This document shows, piece after piece, positions 1 through 14,177 of a stretch of 64,000 nucleotides of DNA. The stretch is from Octopus sinensis (taxonomy: Eukaryota), in assembly GCF_006345805.1 (NCBI RefSeq), contig NC_043008.1, forward strand, positions 30,070,001 through 30,134,000, given 5' to 3'. Positions within the stretch are counted from its first letter, which is position 1, and each line of letters begins with the position of its first letter. The position numbers were made by a program, and so were the translations under genes. The notes beneath the pieces are model-generated. The model had not been told where the DNA came from. It saw only the letters and a list, made by a program, of their open reading frames with translations, and made no database searches.

Positions 1-1421
1 GAGAAGTACATCGTTGTGGTCTTTCGTTTGTACTGTATTTGAATGTAGCTACCTTGCTACGAAGACTGCTGTTACTCAAAGATGCGCTTAGCCATACTTG
101 CTCCAAATGTTAATGAGGTACATTCTGACGACTTTGGTTTTGGCCAGCTCAGAAACTATAATATTGGTGATGTAATCTTTCTGTTTTATAATCATTCCTA
201 ATACATCTACAGTAAATGTTTATTCGTCAATTACGTCTCGATTTATATAAGTTATTGGAATGCATTTCTAAGTGAAAAGAAATGGAATGAATTCGCGTGT
301 CATTCATTCACCTATCGAATAACATAAATAAAAACATCTCATCAAAGTGAGAACTAAATCTCGTTTCCTGTACTCAGCTTCTTAAAATTCTTTCCTGAAT
401 CTTCACTGATCGATACTTGTCATCCAACATGCTTTCAATTATTTTCTAATTGCTTGCTTCAGATTAATAAAATTTATTAAATACCCAAATTTTTTTACGG
501 CTCTTTTTATGAAGCAATTCAACCCGTAAAGCAGAGGCATGTGTTATTAACGTTTTATCAATTTATGTCTTTGTGGTCTTGAGTAAATTAGTTGTATGAA
601 AATTAAGATTACGTGGGGCAAGATATCACGCTGAGAGACGAAAATTGCTGAATTGAATTTTTTGAATTACGTTACGGTGCTTTACATGCTTTACATTTGT
701 GAGATAGAATCGCTCAAAGAATTCAGAGCGTTTTGCATTTCTTCTTTTATCTCATCTTATTAACGTTTAGAGCTGTTCTGGAGCACAGTGGAGTTAAGTC
801 TTAAAGAAAATTACAGAATATATTAAAAGTACTTCAATGAGAGACAAATAAATTGATTACGGGACATAAAGCTCATTGGTAATTAACTAATCAACATTGC
901 ATCGTTCAAGCTAAATTTTATCGATTATTTTCTCCTCTTTCATTCTTACTGGAAATTTATGATCAATACGTCTCGACTTGCATTGAAATGGGCTTCTTCC
1001 AAATTCTGCGTTCTTTGCTATACAGGCTGCATTTTGAAAAAATACTAAGAAAGACTTAAAAGTAAAGCGCAGGTTATTGATATAACTAACAAAAAGAGAA
1101 TGAAAAGAAAAATGACTGGCGACAAGCCACAAGAAAGCATATGATGGAATAAAAAATTGAAGGAATATGGGAGCAGATTTCAGTAAACAATAGTCTATTA
1201 AATCAATAAAGTAGAGCAGAAGGCTGATAATTCATTTCTTAGAAGACATTTCATTCAAATAAAATTTTCATAGTATCCGTCGCCTATAGGCACAGAATAT
1301 CGTACAATAGGCACGTTCGATATTCCTCGCAACTTAAATTTATTGATAAAAAAGCTAAATATAGATACACACACACAAACATGTACACGCACACATAGGC
1401 TTATGTATATATACATATATA

Positions 1422-1452
<31 letters not shown>

Positions 1453-1504
1453 TATATATATATATATATTATATATATATATGTATATATGTATATACAT
1501 ATAT

Positions 1505-1725
1505 CTTTTACTCTTTTACTTGTTTCAGTAATTTGACTGCGGCCATGCTGGAGCACCGCATTTAGTCGAGCAAATCGATCCCAGAGCTTATTCTTTGTAA
1601 GCCTAGTACTTATTCTACCGGCCTCTTTTGCCGACCACTAAGTTACGGGGAAGTAAACACATCAGCATCGATTGTCAAAGCGATGACGGGGGGACAAACA
1701 CAGACACACAAACATATACACACAC
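1505..1725 (-). mobile_element. SINE family A, 3' half (tRNA/CORE-like SINE with internal microsatellite)
   Basis: Reverse complement aligns to 10440-10630 and 44730-44940 (shared blocks GTAACTTAGCGG-TCGGCAAA and GGTGCTCCAGCATGGCCGCAGTCAAAT, A-rich tail). Confidence 0.85.
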
Positions 1726-1980
1726 ATGCGCACATATATAAATATCTGTGTGTCTGTGTCTGTGTGAATATACACAAACACACATGTATATACATGATTT
1801 TTGTTTACAATATTTCTTTCAGAGCTAGAACATAATATTGAAGGAATTAATCAATCAAGTCAAGCCCAGTAATTATTATAAACCTGGGATTTATGCAAAT
1901 CTATATAATTTCTGAAGCTCTGGGGTACGGGGTATAGGCACACAAAAGGAAATCTTCGAAGTCACACACACACGTATTCA

Positions 1981-2037
1981 TATATATATATATAATATAT
2001 ATATATATGTGTGTGTGTTTGTGTGTAGAAATATATA

Positions 2038-2119
<82 letters not shown>

Positions 2120-2130
2120 TATATATACAT
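1981..2130. repeat. Compound (TA)n/(TG)n microsatellite
   Basis: Directly visible long TA tract with single-base phase shifts. Confidence 0.95.
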
Positions 2131-2184
2131 GCATTATATTTTGGGACAATTGAGTATATATCGATTAGTGTATTTGTTAATGTA

Positions 2185-2295
2185 TTGACAGGAGCATTGG
2201 CAGAGTTTGAGCTTCCTGATGTCATTGGCAGTCGGGTATATTTCTGTTGGATCAACTTCAGAAATTCCACAGTGCTGGTTGACATAATAATAATA
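2185..2295 (+). mobile_element. Possible degenerate R4/Dong-like LINE 3' remnant
   Basis: Frames read TGALAEFELPDVIGSR and GIFLLDQLQKFHSAG, loosely like the IGALG...LQKxALLGTAHILR C-terminus of R4/Dong elements, followed directly by (TAA)n. Motif recall only. Confidence 0.3.
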
Positions 2296-3147
2296 ATTTC
2301 TTAAGTAATAAGCAGATCACACTCATAAATATATGTACATGAGAGTGTGTGTGTCTCTGTGCATATTTGTGTGTGCGTTTGTGCGCATATATATAGACAT
2401 GTACGTGTGTGTATGTATGTGTATATATACATGTATGTATATGTAAGGGTATATGAGTCCACTATAAGCACCTGTACATGCAGGAGGGTGTTGCAGATTT
2501 TTATAGTTGCAGATGTAATCATTTGTAACTTGTGAATTATGGATTTGAATTCTCTCCCCAATATTCCAAGTTCAACCATACTTTTCTCAAAATGTGTGGA
2601 GCGCTATGTATACTTATAAACCTACAAATATATACATGTATATGGTTTTTATTATATTTATCTACCTATCTGTCTATCCCTCTGTACGCCTCTCAAATCG
2701 TAACTTTAATACCGTAAATAACAGATATCTATAAATTTCAGTATTTAACAAAAATTTTATAAATTTATAAATTTGGTTTTAAATTGACACTGAGCATTAC
2801 CTATACTACTTTCATTAATCTAGGATGAGCAGTTATTTGCTTATGGCAATACTATCTTCTCTTAATATATGGGCCATTCTCTCTATTTCATTTATTCTAC
2901 CCTGATTCTATTGTTTCTGTTTTTCCACCCCTTTACTAAGAGTGCCCCTCTTGAATTTTAATTAGGTGAGTTTCCATTTATTAATTTCTGTACTTTGAAG
3001 TAGGAACATTTTGATCAGGTATAATTAGGTAAAGGAATAAGTACCACTGAAATTAATAAGCCATACCACTCCTTGGTGTAGTTAGCTTTAAAATAATATA
3101 TACGGTAAATGCGTGTTTTTTTGTTTTTTGTTTGTTTTGCTTTGTAG

Positions 3148-3216
3148 AGTTAGCAGCTGTTCTTTGAACATGCTTCGACAGTGTCAGTTGTCATGCTTGG
3201 CGCCTACTGTTCGCCG
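3148..3216 (+). other. Candidate internal exon of an unidentified gene (69 nt)
   Basis: Long T-rich tract ending TTTGTAG (3147), donor CCG/GTATGC at 3217, one open frame from the first AG (VSSCSLNMLRQCQLSCLAPTVR). No homology recognised. Confidence 0.25.
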
Positions 3217-4177
3217 GTATGCAAGCATGTTTTCTTACTATGACACGTTATGAACGAGATTGCTAAGTTTCCTGACATCCTAAGCAGCTGAATTAAGTAC
3301 ATTCAGACAGTTGCTTAGATTACCGTAATATCATGATCATTTTGGAACAATGAAAATTCGCGCATCTTTTGATAATGAATTTTTAAAGTATATATACACA
3401 CGCATACACACGCAAACACAAATGCACACACACATACAAACACATATGCACACACACATGCATACACACACATACCTATACACATCCACATAAATACCAC
3501 ACTATATTTACAATACTGTAATAGTAAAAGTAAGACTAATAAAATAACAAATAATGATTAGGTAGATAAGTCCTCTTTTCATGTTGTTTGAATATACACA
3601 TACACACACATAAACACATTCAAACACACACACATACACACACGCTAAAAATGTGTGTGTATGCATACAATTCAATTAGAGATTATATGGGCCTCATAAA
3701 GGATCGGTTTCATCCAAGTAAATACCGATTCAATACGTAATATTTTGAGGGAATTGATTTCCTGAAAATAATAGGTGTGTACATAAACTGTAGTTTATAT
3801 CTATATAACGAAAGAGAAAGAAAATGGAGATTGTGAAGTTAATAAGAATTTATTATCAGCAACAATTTAATCATTATCCTGTACAGCTGTTTCAATTATA
3901 CGTAGTAAATCAAATTAATATTAAGTTTATATTTCAGAGCATAATCTCTTTAGCAATCTGCTGTGACGAATCTACAAACCAACATACAAATCATCTAAGG
4001 GCATATTATTCTCAGTAATATGAACTTAATATTAATTAATTCACTGTGTATAATTGAAACAGTTGTAAATGATAATGATCTCCATTTTCTACTTTTCTTT
4101 TATATATATATATATATATGTGTGTATGTGTGTGTGTGTGTCCCTGCATGTCAGTGCGTTTGTGTATAATTGTACAC

Positions 4178-4214
<37 letters not shown>

Positions 4215-4253
4215 GAGAGTGAATAAATGTAAGTCATGAGATTCTCTATTAAT

Positions 4254-4318
4254 CACTACGATCGTTTCGACCCATCGTGTATCGATCCATCATGGGTGCA
4301 TCCTTTTATGCAGAAGTG
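4254..4318 (-). ncRNA. Degenerate minimal hammerhead ribozyme-like motif (PLE pLTR-type vestige)
   Basis: Minus strand: CTG-(cataaa)-AGGA-TGC-ACCCAT...ATGGGT-C-GAAAC-GATC-GTA-GTG. Stem II ACCCAT/ATGGGT, palindromic stem III ACGATCGT and a GUA site are present, but the CUGAGGA box is split by a 6-nt insertion. Confidence 0.45.
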
Positions 4319-4689
4319 CTTCTTCTGGTGACTTTTATAAACGTACCTAACTCAATAAAGTCATCTTCGCGTATACAGATTATAATATATTTCGTTATCT
4401 GCTTATATCTGGTGGCCTACTGGTGAACCTGGGACTTATATCACCATACTAATTGGTGGCACACGAATTAAAATTATTACCACAGCTAAAGTCTGAGATA
4501 AAATAAATTAAAGAATATATGCCATTAATCCCTACACATTTTCTCTCTCACAGTTTTTTCTTCTTTTCTCTTCATCCTTTCTATGGAAGAGCGTGGCTAT
4601 TAATGGCCAAATAACATTCCTTCTTTCCGAGCGTTAAACTAAAATATCTGCTTGTTGTTCCATCGTATTTTGTTTTCTATAAAACTGGT

Positions 4690-4873
4690 ATGTGTGTGTG
4701 CGTGTGCTTATGTGTGTGTGTCTATGTCAATATCTTTGTATGTGTGCGTATATATATATATATACACACACACACACGCAAGCATACTCTTGCACGCACA
4801 CACGAACACACAGATATACATGCATATATATATGTGTATATATATATATATATAATATATATATATATATGTG

Positions 4874-4932
<59 letters not shown>
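4690..4932. repeat. Compound (TG)n-(CA)n-(TA)n microsatellite
   Basis: Directly visible. Confidence 0.95.
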
Positions 4933-4937
<5 letters not shown>

Positions 4938-5190
4938 GTTTCACGCACCAATATTTCATTAGGGCATCCTGAGACGCTGTCATGAATGGTACTATGATTT
5001 TGTTTTAACAAACATTCAACTGCGAGGTATAAAGGGTGCTGGTACTCTATAGTTTCACGAAACACTGGTATGCATTCCATTTACAATGTATGGTGCGACA
5101 AAATCTGCGATTTTCAGTCATTCATCTATTAATGGTGGAATGTGATACGCACTTCTAACTTCAATGAAACGGGTTCTCCTGAAAAAACTG

Positions 5191-5191
<1 letters not shown>

Positions 5192-5224
<33 letters not shown>

Positions 5225-5347
5225 GTATGTACGTATGTATGTATGTATGTATGTATGTATGTATGTATGTATGTATGTATATGTATGTATATGTAAGTAT
5301 GTATGTATGTATGTATGCATATGTATGTATGTATATATACACATGAG

Positions 5348-5416
<69 letters not shown>

Positions 5417-5420
5417 TCAC
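5192..5420. repeat. Compound (TA)n-(GTAT)n-(CA)n-(TA)n microsatellite
   Basis: Directly visible. Confidence 0.95.
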
Positions 5421-6587
5421 ACACGCGATGATAAACAACCATTAAAAAAAATTATGAAAACTATTCTGCTTTGTATATATCTATACCAAAGTGTTTATTT
5501 CTATGTCCGTCATTAGATATTTAACAACTTATTTGCAATTTATACTTATATTACACACAAGTGCATTTCGTAGTTAAAGCTACGAACACCTACATAAATT
5601 AATAAAACATATTAATCCGATAGTGATGTAGAAAGTACTTAAAACCTATTTGTTATAATCATATAAATGCTGTCTGACAAATGAATTGAACGATAACAAA
5701 ATTATGAAGTGGTGTAATTACTAATTCCCATCGTTCCTTGGCGATTATATATAATAAATGTAATCCGGGAGGATATTATACATTAAAAGATACGATCTCA
5801 AATTTGAATAGAAAATAGCTTATTCGAAATGATGTATTTGTGCGCATGTGTTTCAATTATGTCTAGTTTCTGAGTATTTATGTGTGATACTACGTGAATA
5901 TGCAGAAGTTCGTGTCTATTTGTATAAGAAACACAGCATGCTTAGAAGCCGCGTCTTGGCACTTAAATAGTTCTTGGATATAGAGAAAAATAGGTGAATT
6001 GAGGGAGTAATCGATACATTAACTAACACAGTTTCAGTGCAATATTTCAATTAAATTTATCAGTGATTGTATCACAGTTGTACAACAAAAAAACTTTGAC
6101 ACGTTATGAGATAAATCAAAAGTAATTTTAACAGGTCTTGTGCCTTATCAAATGATTGGATAGTACCTCCACAATATAATTCCTTCAGTTTCAACACATG
6201 GTCTAAGAATGACGGAGCGATAGAAATGTAAAACTCCAGTATCGTATAATGTAACATACTCACACACAAAAACGCGCAAAATATGTGTACTTGCTTATGT
6301 ACATATACATACATAAATGCATCCATATATTTCCTGTTACACTAAGAAACAATTCATGTATAACAAACAACTCTAAATCGTTGTTAGGGTATCCGCAGAA
6401 GTCGAGTCCTGAGCGGCTAGTATGTTATGGCATCAAGTTTTGTATCTTGTAATAATGATGTCAAACCAAATAGTAATATTCTGAAATCATTTTAATACAT
6501 ACGATTTAAGTGTGCGTAATATACCATAGAAAATGCATCCTTACAATAAGATCTTCCTCAATTAAATACAAATGACTTCAAATATCA

Positions 6588-6792
<205 letters not shown>

Positions 6793-6944
6793 AGGGTTTT
6801 GTCCTGATAGTGGTGCAAATGTGAGTGTAACATGATATATGCTATAAGTTGCACAAATTCCTTTGGTTGTTATAGTAACTCCTCTTCGAAAATTGAGATG
6901 TGCACTATTGTACTATTTGTTGGCAGAACTTTCTCTTTGTGTGC

Positions 6945-7200
6945 ATCATCAAATAACTGTACACGATAGCTGTCTTTCATTACTAGGACGTGGATGACAT
7001 AAACGTGACCCACGCAATTCACTGATTACTTTTATTTCTTGGAAATCATTTGTGTGATGACGCATTATCATGGGGAAAGTGGATCATAAACAGACTCTTA
7101 TTGGATGGCTAAGTCCCAGTGATTTCTCTAATAATTTTCAATGTCTCAATACCAGATAATAGTAGCATATTCCATGCATCATTCTTTATTATCTAGATCT
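6945..7200 (-). mobile_element. Highly degenerate mariner transposase remnant
   Basis: Minus strand 7072-7049 encodes HDNASSHK (mariner second-D motif HDNAxxH), followed by KVISELRGSRLCHPRPS, loosely like ELGWEVLPHPPYS. Multiple stops, no TIRs seen. Confidence 0.45.
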
Positions 7201-7829
7201 AAACATCCCTACAATACATAGCGTGTGCATAGACACACACACACACATATATGTATGTATGTATGTATGTATGTGTGTATGCATGTATGTATGTATGTAT
7301 GTATGTATGTATGTATATATGTATGTATGTGAGTGTGCGTGCGTGCATGCGCCCGTGTGGTTGTATGCGTTTCTGTGTGTATGCGTGTGTGAGTATGTGT
7401 GTGTGTGTATGCGTGTGTGTGTGTGTGTAAAATTTAGAACTGACGGTGAATATTTTATGTATTTTGCGGTAATTGATTGTTGTTTCTTCGTCGTAGGATT
7501 AACTGATACTGGTAGTTACTTCCAGCTTCTGCTAAACATCTTTTTTCGAGATTTGCTTGACAATTGAAGCGGTGTAACATGTAAAATATGTTTAACGTCG
7601 TTACATAGTCAACCCTGAATGAGATGCACTCTAAAATATTTGTAAAGCTAACATCTATTATTTCTACCTTTTCATATTTTTATCTTTTTATGTGAGGGTG
7701 TGAATGGTAAAGTTTTATTGAATTATTTGTGTTATGTCGCACGTTCGGATGCCTTCTACTCAACTTCTCCGACTGCTACTCTACTGTGTCCTAGTCTACT
7801 ACTCACTATATCTACGTATTGGGCTAGCC

Positions 7830-8050
7830 TACATCATCGTCTGGGGGCGTCCACATAACAATTTGGAAGAACATAAGCAATTATTAAGGTTCGGTCTAGG
7901 AAGGGTGGAGACTTCTAAAACGAGATTCATCAGACAAATGAAAATATGGGAAGAAGATTTTTCACATAGATTCAATGAACTGAATGGCGAGGGAAATGTG
8001 CTCGAGCGTACCAAGGATTCGAAGTGCGAAATAAAATGTTTGACAAACTG
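7830..8050 (+). mobile_element. Possible RTE-clade LINE C-terminal remnant (explains ORF 7734-8051)
   Basis: KQLLRFGLGRVETSKTRFIRQMKIWEEDF resembles the RTE C-terminal pattern PKQLLxG...GRQxKxWED. Motif recall only. Confidence 0.35.
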
Positions 8051-8373
8051 AGACATTTTCTAGAAACATTCAGATCACATGCACTGAAACGATAGCTGAA
8101 TTGTCACGATTGAATCTCTAAAAATTCTGTCAATTCAAAGGCATACAGGTATAAATATAGTGTTTGGTGGATTTGAGCCCAGAGTTCAAAGAACTAGAGC
8201 AATCACCTGAAAGCATTTACTTTTAAGCTCTCAAAATATTTTCGAAAGGTTTCTTAAACAGTGTTTTAAAACTGCATCGTTAAGTAAGAGAAAGCTAAAA
8301 TTTCTATATTCATACATAGTTACATACACATATATAGGTATATAAATACATACATATGTAGGCATATATGTAT

Positions 8374-8418
<45 letters not shown>

Positions 8419-9341
8419 ATATATATAATATATATATATAATATATATATATATTCATATGCATATATGTATATATACACACACACACACACACATATAT
8501 ATATATTATATATATGTATATGTATGTATGTACGTGTGTATATTGATTTTCTCTACAAATGTGTGCGTATCTGTGTGCTTGTGTATTAGAAGATTCTTCT
8601 GAAACTTCTAATTTCCCATTAGTTCAAATCTCATGCGTGAATGAACGACAATTTTCAATTCAACAGTCTACGAAGCAAAAACAAAACAAATCGTTTTCAA
8701 TTATAGCGACAATAAAATGTGAAATATTTACTCTATTTAACATAATCAGAATCCTTGTCTGTTTCTGAGTTATTTATTTCTAATGGAGATTGTAAATAAC
8801 ATACTTCATCAAAAATATATATATACATACGCATATTCGCAATCATACACACAAACACACACACTCACTTAACCGTGTGCATATAAATACCTTTGAATTT
8901 ACGTACATATATAGATACATGCATAAATGCATATGCATATGTACACACAAATATATATATGTGCGAGTGCGCGCGTGTGTGTGTGTATTATTAGTATACG
9001 CCTACTGTGATAAATGTAGGCGTTTATTTCACATGCAACAGTAAATTTGTTATGTGATATAATACTATGCTTGTTATCAGCGAGTATACACACACATACG
9101 CACACACGCATATATGTATACATGCGTGTGTGTGTGAGTGTGTGTGTGTGTAAAGTCATTATGTATTTTGTGTGTAAATATAAAATGTTTAAGCTTATTT
9201 GATGCAATATTCAGTAAAACTTTAGGTAAGGTACGGAACAGTATATCTCTTGTAATGAAACATTGTAAATGCACCGATGTCTCTAAGCTTGAACTACCTA
9301 TCCAGAGTGTTTTAATTATATAAATTTACTTTACCTTTCAG

Positions 9342-9377
9342 AGTTTTCATATGCTTATAAATTCTGTGTGAACAAGG
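9342..9377 (+). other. Candidate micro-exon (36 nt, phase 1-1)
   Basis: Acceptor TTTACTTTACCTTTCAG, donor AAGG/GTATGT, single open frame FSYAYKFCVNK. Confidence 0.3.
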
Positions 9378-10358
9378 GTATGTTACTTGCGTCTCTGTGT
9401 CACTCACATCCCTAAGAATGAATATATACTGGATTTGATATCATAAATCATAAAGTGCACTTGTAGAGTAAAAACCATTGATTTTTACACTTTCTACCAT
9501 ATAAGACCCTTGCCTGGAACATTTAAACTTTATTACTTAAATCATTCTGGTGTTCAGCCTGCGGGTTTTTTTAAATCCCCCAATAAAACATTTAGATTGG
9601 GAAATTATTAATTTTCCGTAGAAGTTAATATACAATACATATGTTTAGAGAAAACATTCTTCTGATACATTAAATTACAGCGGAATATATATCAAGTGCA
9701 ATGCCTGATATTATCACTGCTTTGCTCAACAGTTATATTGCTTCGAATGTTAATTTCTTTTTTTACAATACTTATGAAGTTAATGCTGCTTATATCGTAT
9801 CCGTTAACATTATCTGTGATCAACAAATATCATATTCCATATATTTAAACTTTAAATCTTGATTTGTGTAAGTGGAACATATATAAGGAACTCGTAAATT
9901 TCAGGTTGATATCAATATAATTATTACTGAGAGCATCGTGAAATAGATGCAATCTATATAAGAAAATATATGTCCTTTGAACGTCTTATTTAGTTTTTAC
10001 ATCAGCTACTAACGAGTGCAAATAAGACCAGTACGATTTTCTATTTTTTAACATCTGAGTCTTTTTTATGTCACAAATTGTATAGCTACATGAAAATTAA
10101 AAGCTATAACCCATTTTAACATCTTATCTCTTCCTTTACATAAATATGAATGTATATGTCGAACTGTGTTTAATAAGTTAAATCATATACTTATATTTTC
10201 TATAAAAAATTTTCGTTCCTATAAATAAATTCAAAAGTGAAATATAAAGAAATGACATTAAAACTATTTTGAAATAATTCCAATTAAAGGACGAACTCAC
10301 TTTCATCCGATAACCAAAATGTACAAAAAAAGTATACTATATATAAAAATGTGCATGC

Positions 10359-10422
<64 letters not shown>

Positions 10423-10439
10423 TATATACGCGTATGTGC

Positions 10440-10630
10440 TTGTGTCTGTGTTTGCCCCCCCCCCACCATGTTTGTGTGTTTATGTCCCCGTAACTTAGCG
10501 GTTCGGCAATAATGATCGATAGGCTAAGTACAAGGCCTACAAATAATAAATCCTGGGGTCGATTTGTTCGACTAAAGGCGGTGCTCCAGCATGGCCGCAG
10601 TCAAGTGACTGCAACACATAAAAAATAAAA
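10440..10630 (+). mobile_element. SINE family A, 3' half
   Basis: Aligns to 1505-1725 (reverse complement) and 44730-44940; preceded by (TA)n. Confidence 0.85.
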
Positions 10631-10851
10631 TACACACACACAGATATATATATATATATAATTAATTAATAAGGGTGAGAGAATTAGATACTAATTTAAT
10701 AGTATATCTATAACTGGTGCTAGAGTGAGCCATAAAGTGACCACTCTCTTATATTTATTTTATATTATATATATATATATATACGTACGAGTAAATATCT
10801 TTATGTATGTACTTATATAGTTTACATTCATGTAATTCTGTATTTTCACAG

Positions 10852-10878
10852 AGATAAGTTCTAATGTTTTATCCCTTA
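10852..10878 (+). other. Candidate micro-exon (27 nt, phase 1-1)
   Basis: Acceptor CTGTATTTTCACAG, donor TTA/GTAAGC, single open frame ISSNVLSL, phase-compatible with 9342-9377. Confidence 0.25.
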
Positions 10879-11399
10879 GTAAGCACGATAAGGGAAGTGA
10901 ATTGTTTTCTAATCTTCCTTATGCACTTGTTTAATGATGACAATTTGACTTTTTCGACTTGGAGAAGTAATGGTTCTTATAGCATTTTAACAAATAAATT
11001 GGCAGTATACGGTAACAGCAACTTATGAAATTGCTAACTAAAAGAAGGTTGGGTATTCTGCTCGAGGCTCTCTTATTGTTGTCTCACAGTTTAGATTAAT
11101 GATATAAAAGAAATGAGGTTTTATATTTTGAGTAAAAGAAAATCACCGAGATGCACACGGAGATTGGAGTCAGCAAAATAAGAACGCTGGAAGGAAACAG
11201 TAGATCGAGCGAGAGCATGTGGAACAGAGATGCAGAGAGAAAAAGCGAGAGAAGACGGTGAGACAAGCAGTGATGTAGAAATTAAAGAGAAAGCTAAACA
11301 CGCTCGTATGCGCAAGCATGCGCTCCTACACATATATTGGGTAGAAGGAAATGAAGATTTAAAATAATATTTAAAAAGAATTAAGCAAATGTAATGATT

Positions 11400-11661
11400 A
11401 CATTAGCGGCGATCATGATGATGAAACGGAAGATGAGGAGGAGAAATAAGATCATCGTCATCATCATAATATATGAAGATATGGTGAAGTGGGAAATGAA
11501 TATGTTGATTTTGCTGTAATATCTTGCGATACTTCATTAGAAGTGAATGTTCTTGTCAATATAAGTACTAATTAATCTCTAAATTTCTTCTCACGCAAAC
11601 CAGTAATTCAAGATTCAAAACAACATGATAACGGTGAAGAAAGGCAAAACACAGAAGAGTA

Positions 11662-11712
<51 letters not shown>

Positions 11713-12610
11713 ATCATGATGATCATGGCGATGATGATGATGATTAAGTTTAAAGTAGGAAATAAATGCCATAAAGAGGATGTCAACAATGATATTCATC
11801 GTATGTATTATAATGAAGTCAATTGTAATGATGATGATGGGGATGATGATAGTACTGTTGTTGTTGTTGTTGTTAGTGTTCTTGCTCTTGTTGATGATGA
11901 TTGTGATAATGATGTTTATGATGATAGAATTATTATTGATGATAGCATTACTGTTGTTGATGACAACCATGATGATGATGATCATGATGATAAGGAAGAT
12001 GATGATGAAGATGATGATGAAGATGATCCTGATGATCATTATAATGATGGTGATGATCGTGAGGAGGAAGAGGGGGAGGAGGAAGAGGAGAGTAGGAAGG
12101 GATTGGGTAGTGGTGATAATGTTAGTGGCATTATTTTGATGATGACGATCGTGAACAGGGTGAACATCACCATCGAGAGTATGGTTGCACTGCTGTTGGT
12201 AATGAGGAGGATGATAATTATGCGTAATATTATCACTATAATCATCGACTAAAACTGCAAGAGCAGCGTGAAAAGGTGCGATTGCTGTGATTGAGATGCT
12301 GGTGAAGGGAAAGAATATGGAAGATAAAATATTAAATGGGGAGAGATAAGAAATACTCATAGCTGGATGGGGTGAAAGAAGAAGAAAAGAGGAGGAGGAA
12401 GAAGAAGAAGAAGAAGAAGAAGAGGGGGAGGCGGAAGACGAAGAAGAAGAAGGGAAAGAGGAGAAGAAAGAGAAGAAGAAGAAGAGAAGAAGAAGAGGAT
12501 GAGGAAGAAGAAGAAAAAGAAGAAGGGGAGGAGGAGGAAGAAAAACAAGAACAAGAAGAACAAGATGATGGTGATAAAGAAGAAGAACAGCAGCAACAAC
12601 AACAAGCATA
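11400..12610. repeat. Mosaic trinucleotide low-complexity tract (GAT)n-(GTT)n-(GAG/GAA)n-(CAA)n
   Basis: Directly visible; produces the spurious 333-, 196- and 93-aa ORFs. Confidence 0.9.
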
Positions 12611-14027
12611 TCAACCTTTTGCAGAGCGCCAACGAACGAACAGAAAGATGTAAAACAAAACTAGGGATAGCACAGTGAACACCATGAATACGAACAAGGC
12701 AAAGGAAACCAGGATAAATTTATGTTGTGACCTGATTGATATAGCAGCCAAATGTCGCTGCAGTTACAATTTACTCACACAAGTAAAGGATAATTGTGCA
12801 GTGTAATCCTGTATACGCTATGTGTTGTATGTCCTACAAATGTCTGAATTGTTAAGGAATTCATCGCATTTGGTCATACATCTGCTCGCCCAGAGTTTAC
12901 TCAGGCCTTAACAGCAACGCTGTCATAAAAAGCACCATATTTAGCGAGAAAAATATATTGGCATATAAAGTAAGAATGAAGACAACAGCTTCAACTCAAC
13001 GAAGACAACAACAAAGAGAAATGAGTTGACAAAATGTTCAACATTAGACACTAATAGAACCGGAGCACAAAAAACCATTGATAACGACACCGAAAACAGA
13101 AGAAAATTATCAATAATAGTCATCAACACAAAATGAAATAAAAACTCAAAAAACTACATCAACTCCACCACCAATGCCAGCAACAATAACAACAACAAAA
13201 ACAACAACATAGACAGGCAACAATGACTATGACACCTATTTAAAGCCAATGTTATTGTTCAGTAGAGCAAGCAAAGTATTGGCCAAATCAGTTTTGCATT
13301 GTGTACCGTCAATATATCACACGAGAAAGAATAGCTATTGATATTACTATTGATTCTTAATACATCGATTGTGTATTGTGTAGTTGTACGTGCGAATGTG
13401 CGTGTGAGCATGGGTGTGCGTGCGCGTGTATATGTTCTCAGTATTTATATGTTGTCTATATATACACATATACATGTATATATATATATATCCTCATGTG
13501 TGAGTATTTTCTTATTGAATGTATATATGGTTGCGTGTTTAAGCGTCTGTATATACGTAAATACATACACACACACATACACACACGCTCACTACCTCAA
13601 GCGCAAACACAAACCGTCACGCAAGTCTACATGTATAGCCATGTGTGAGAATATATCCTCCTGAATACGTATATCAGTGCAGCTGTTTGAGTATATATTT
13701 ACATCAGAAAGAGCGCATGCGTGCGAAGAATGTATATCCTAATGTTTACTGTCTTGTCCGTTATAAACAATGGCAGAAGGGAAATTAAACTCAACCGACG
13801 CGTTAACACATTTGAGACGATGTTGATTGCAATAATAAAGAATGACGTCACACTCGTAGACTACAAAGGTTGCAGTCGTTGTTATTTGTCCTTACTACAG
13901 TTCATATCTATATCATTATTATTGCTTTACGTGGAGTTGGTAATATAACACTAACGCCGTTGTTGTTGTTGTTGTTATTATTAATAACTTTCTATACCGT
14001 ATATGGTAAATTAATATACAAATACGT

Positions 14028-14068
14028 ATATATATATATATATATTATATATGCATATATATAATATA

Positions 14069-14099
<31 letters not shown>

Positions 14100-14136
14100 G
14101 CATATATAAATATATATATATAATATTTATATATGC

Positions 14137-14177
<41 letters not shown>

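Noticed and set aside
3154-3216. Alternative reading QLFFEHASTVSVVMLGAYCSP resembling GABA-B/ANF-receptor ligand-binding domains
   Set aside because: Requires skipping the first two AG acceptors, and no neighbouring exons of such a receptor could be found; similarity too short.
11608-12609. 333-aa minus ORF and overlapping 196-, 119- and 93-aa ORFs
   Set aside because: Pure translations of trinucleotide low-complexity DNA, with no domain or splice support.
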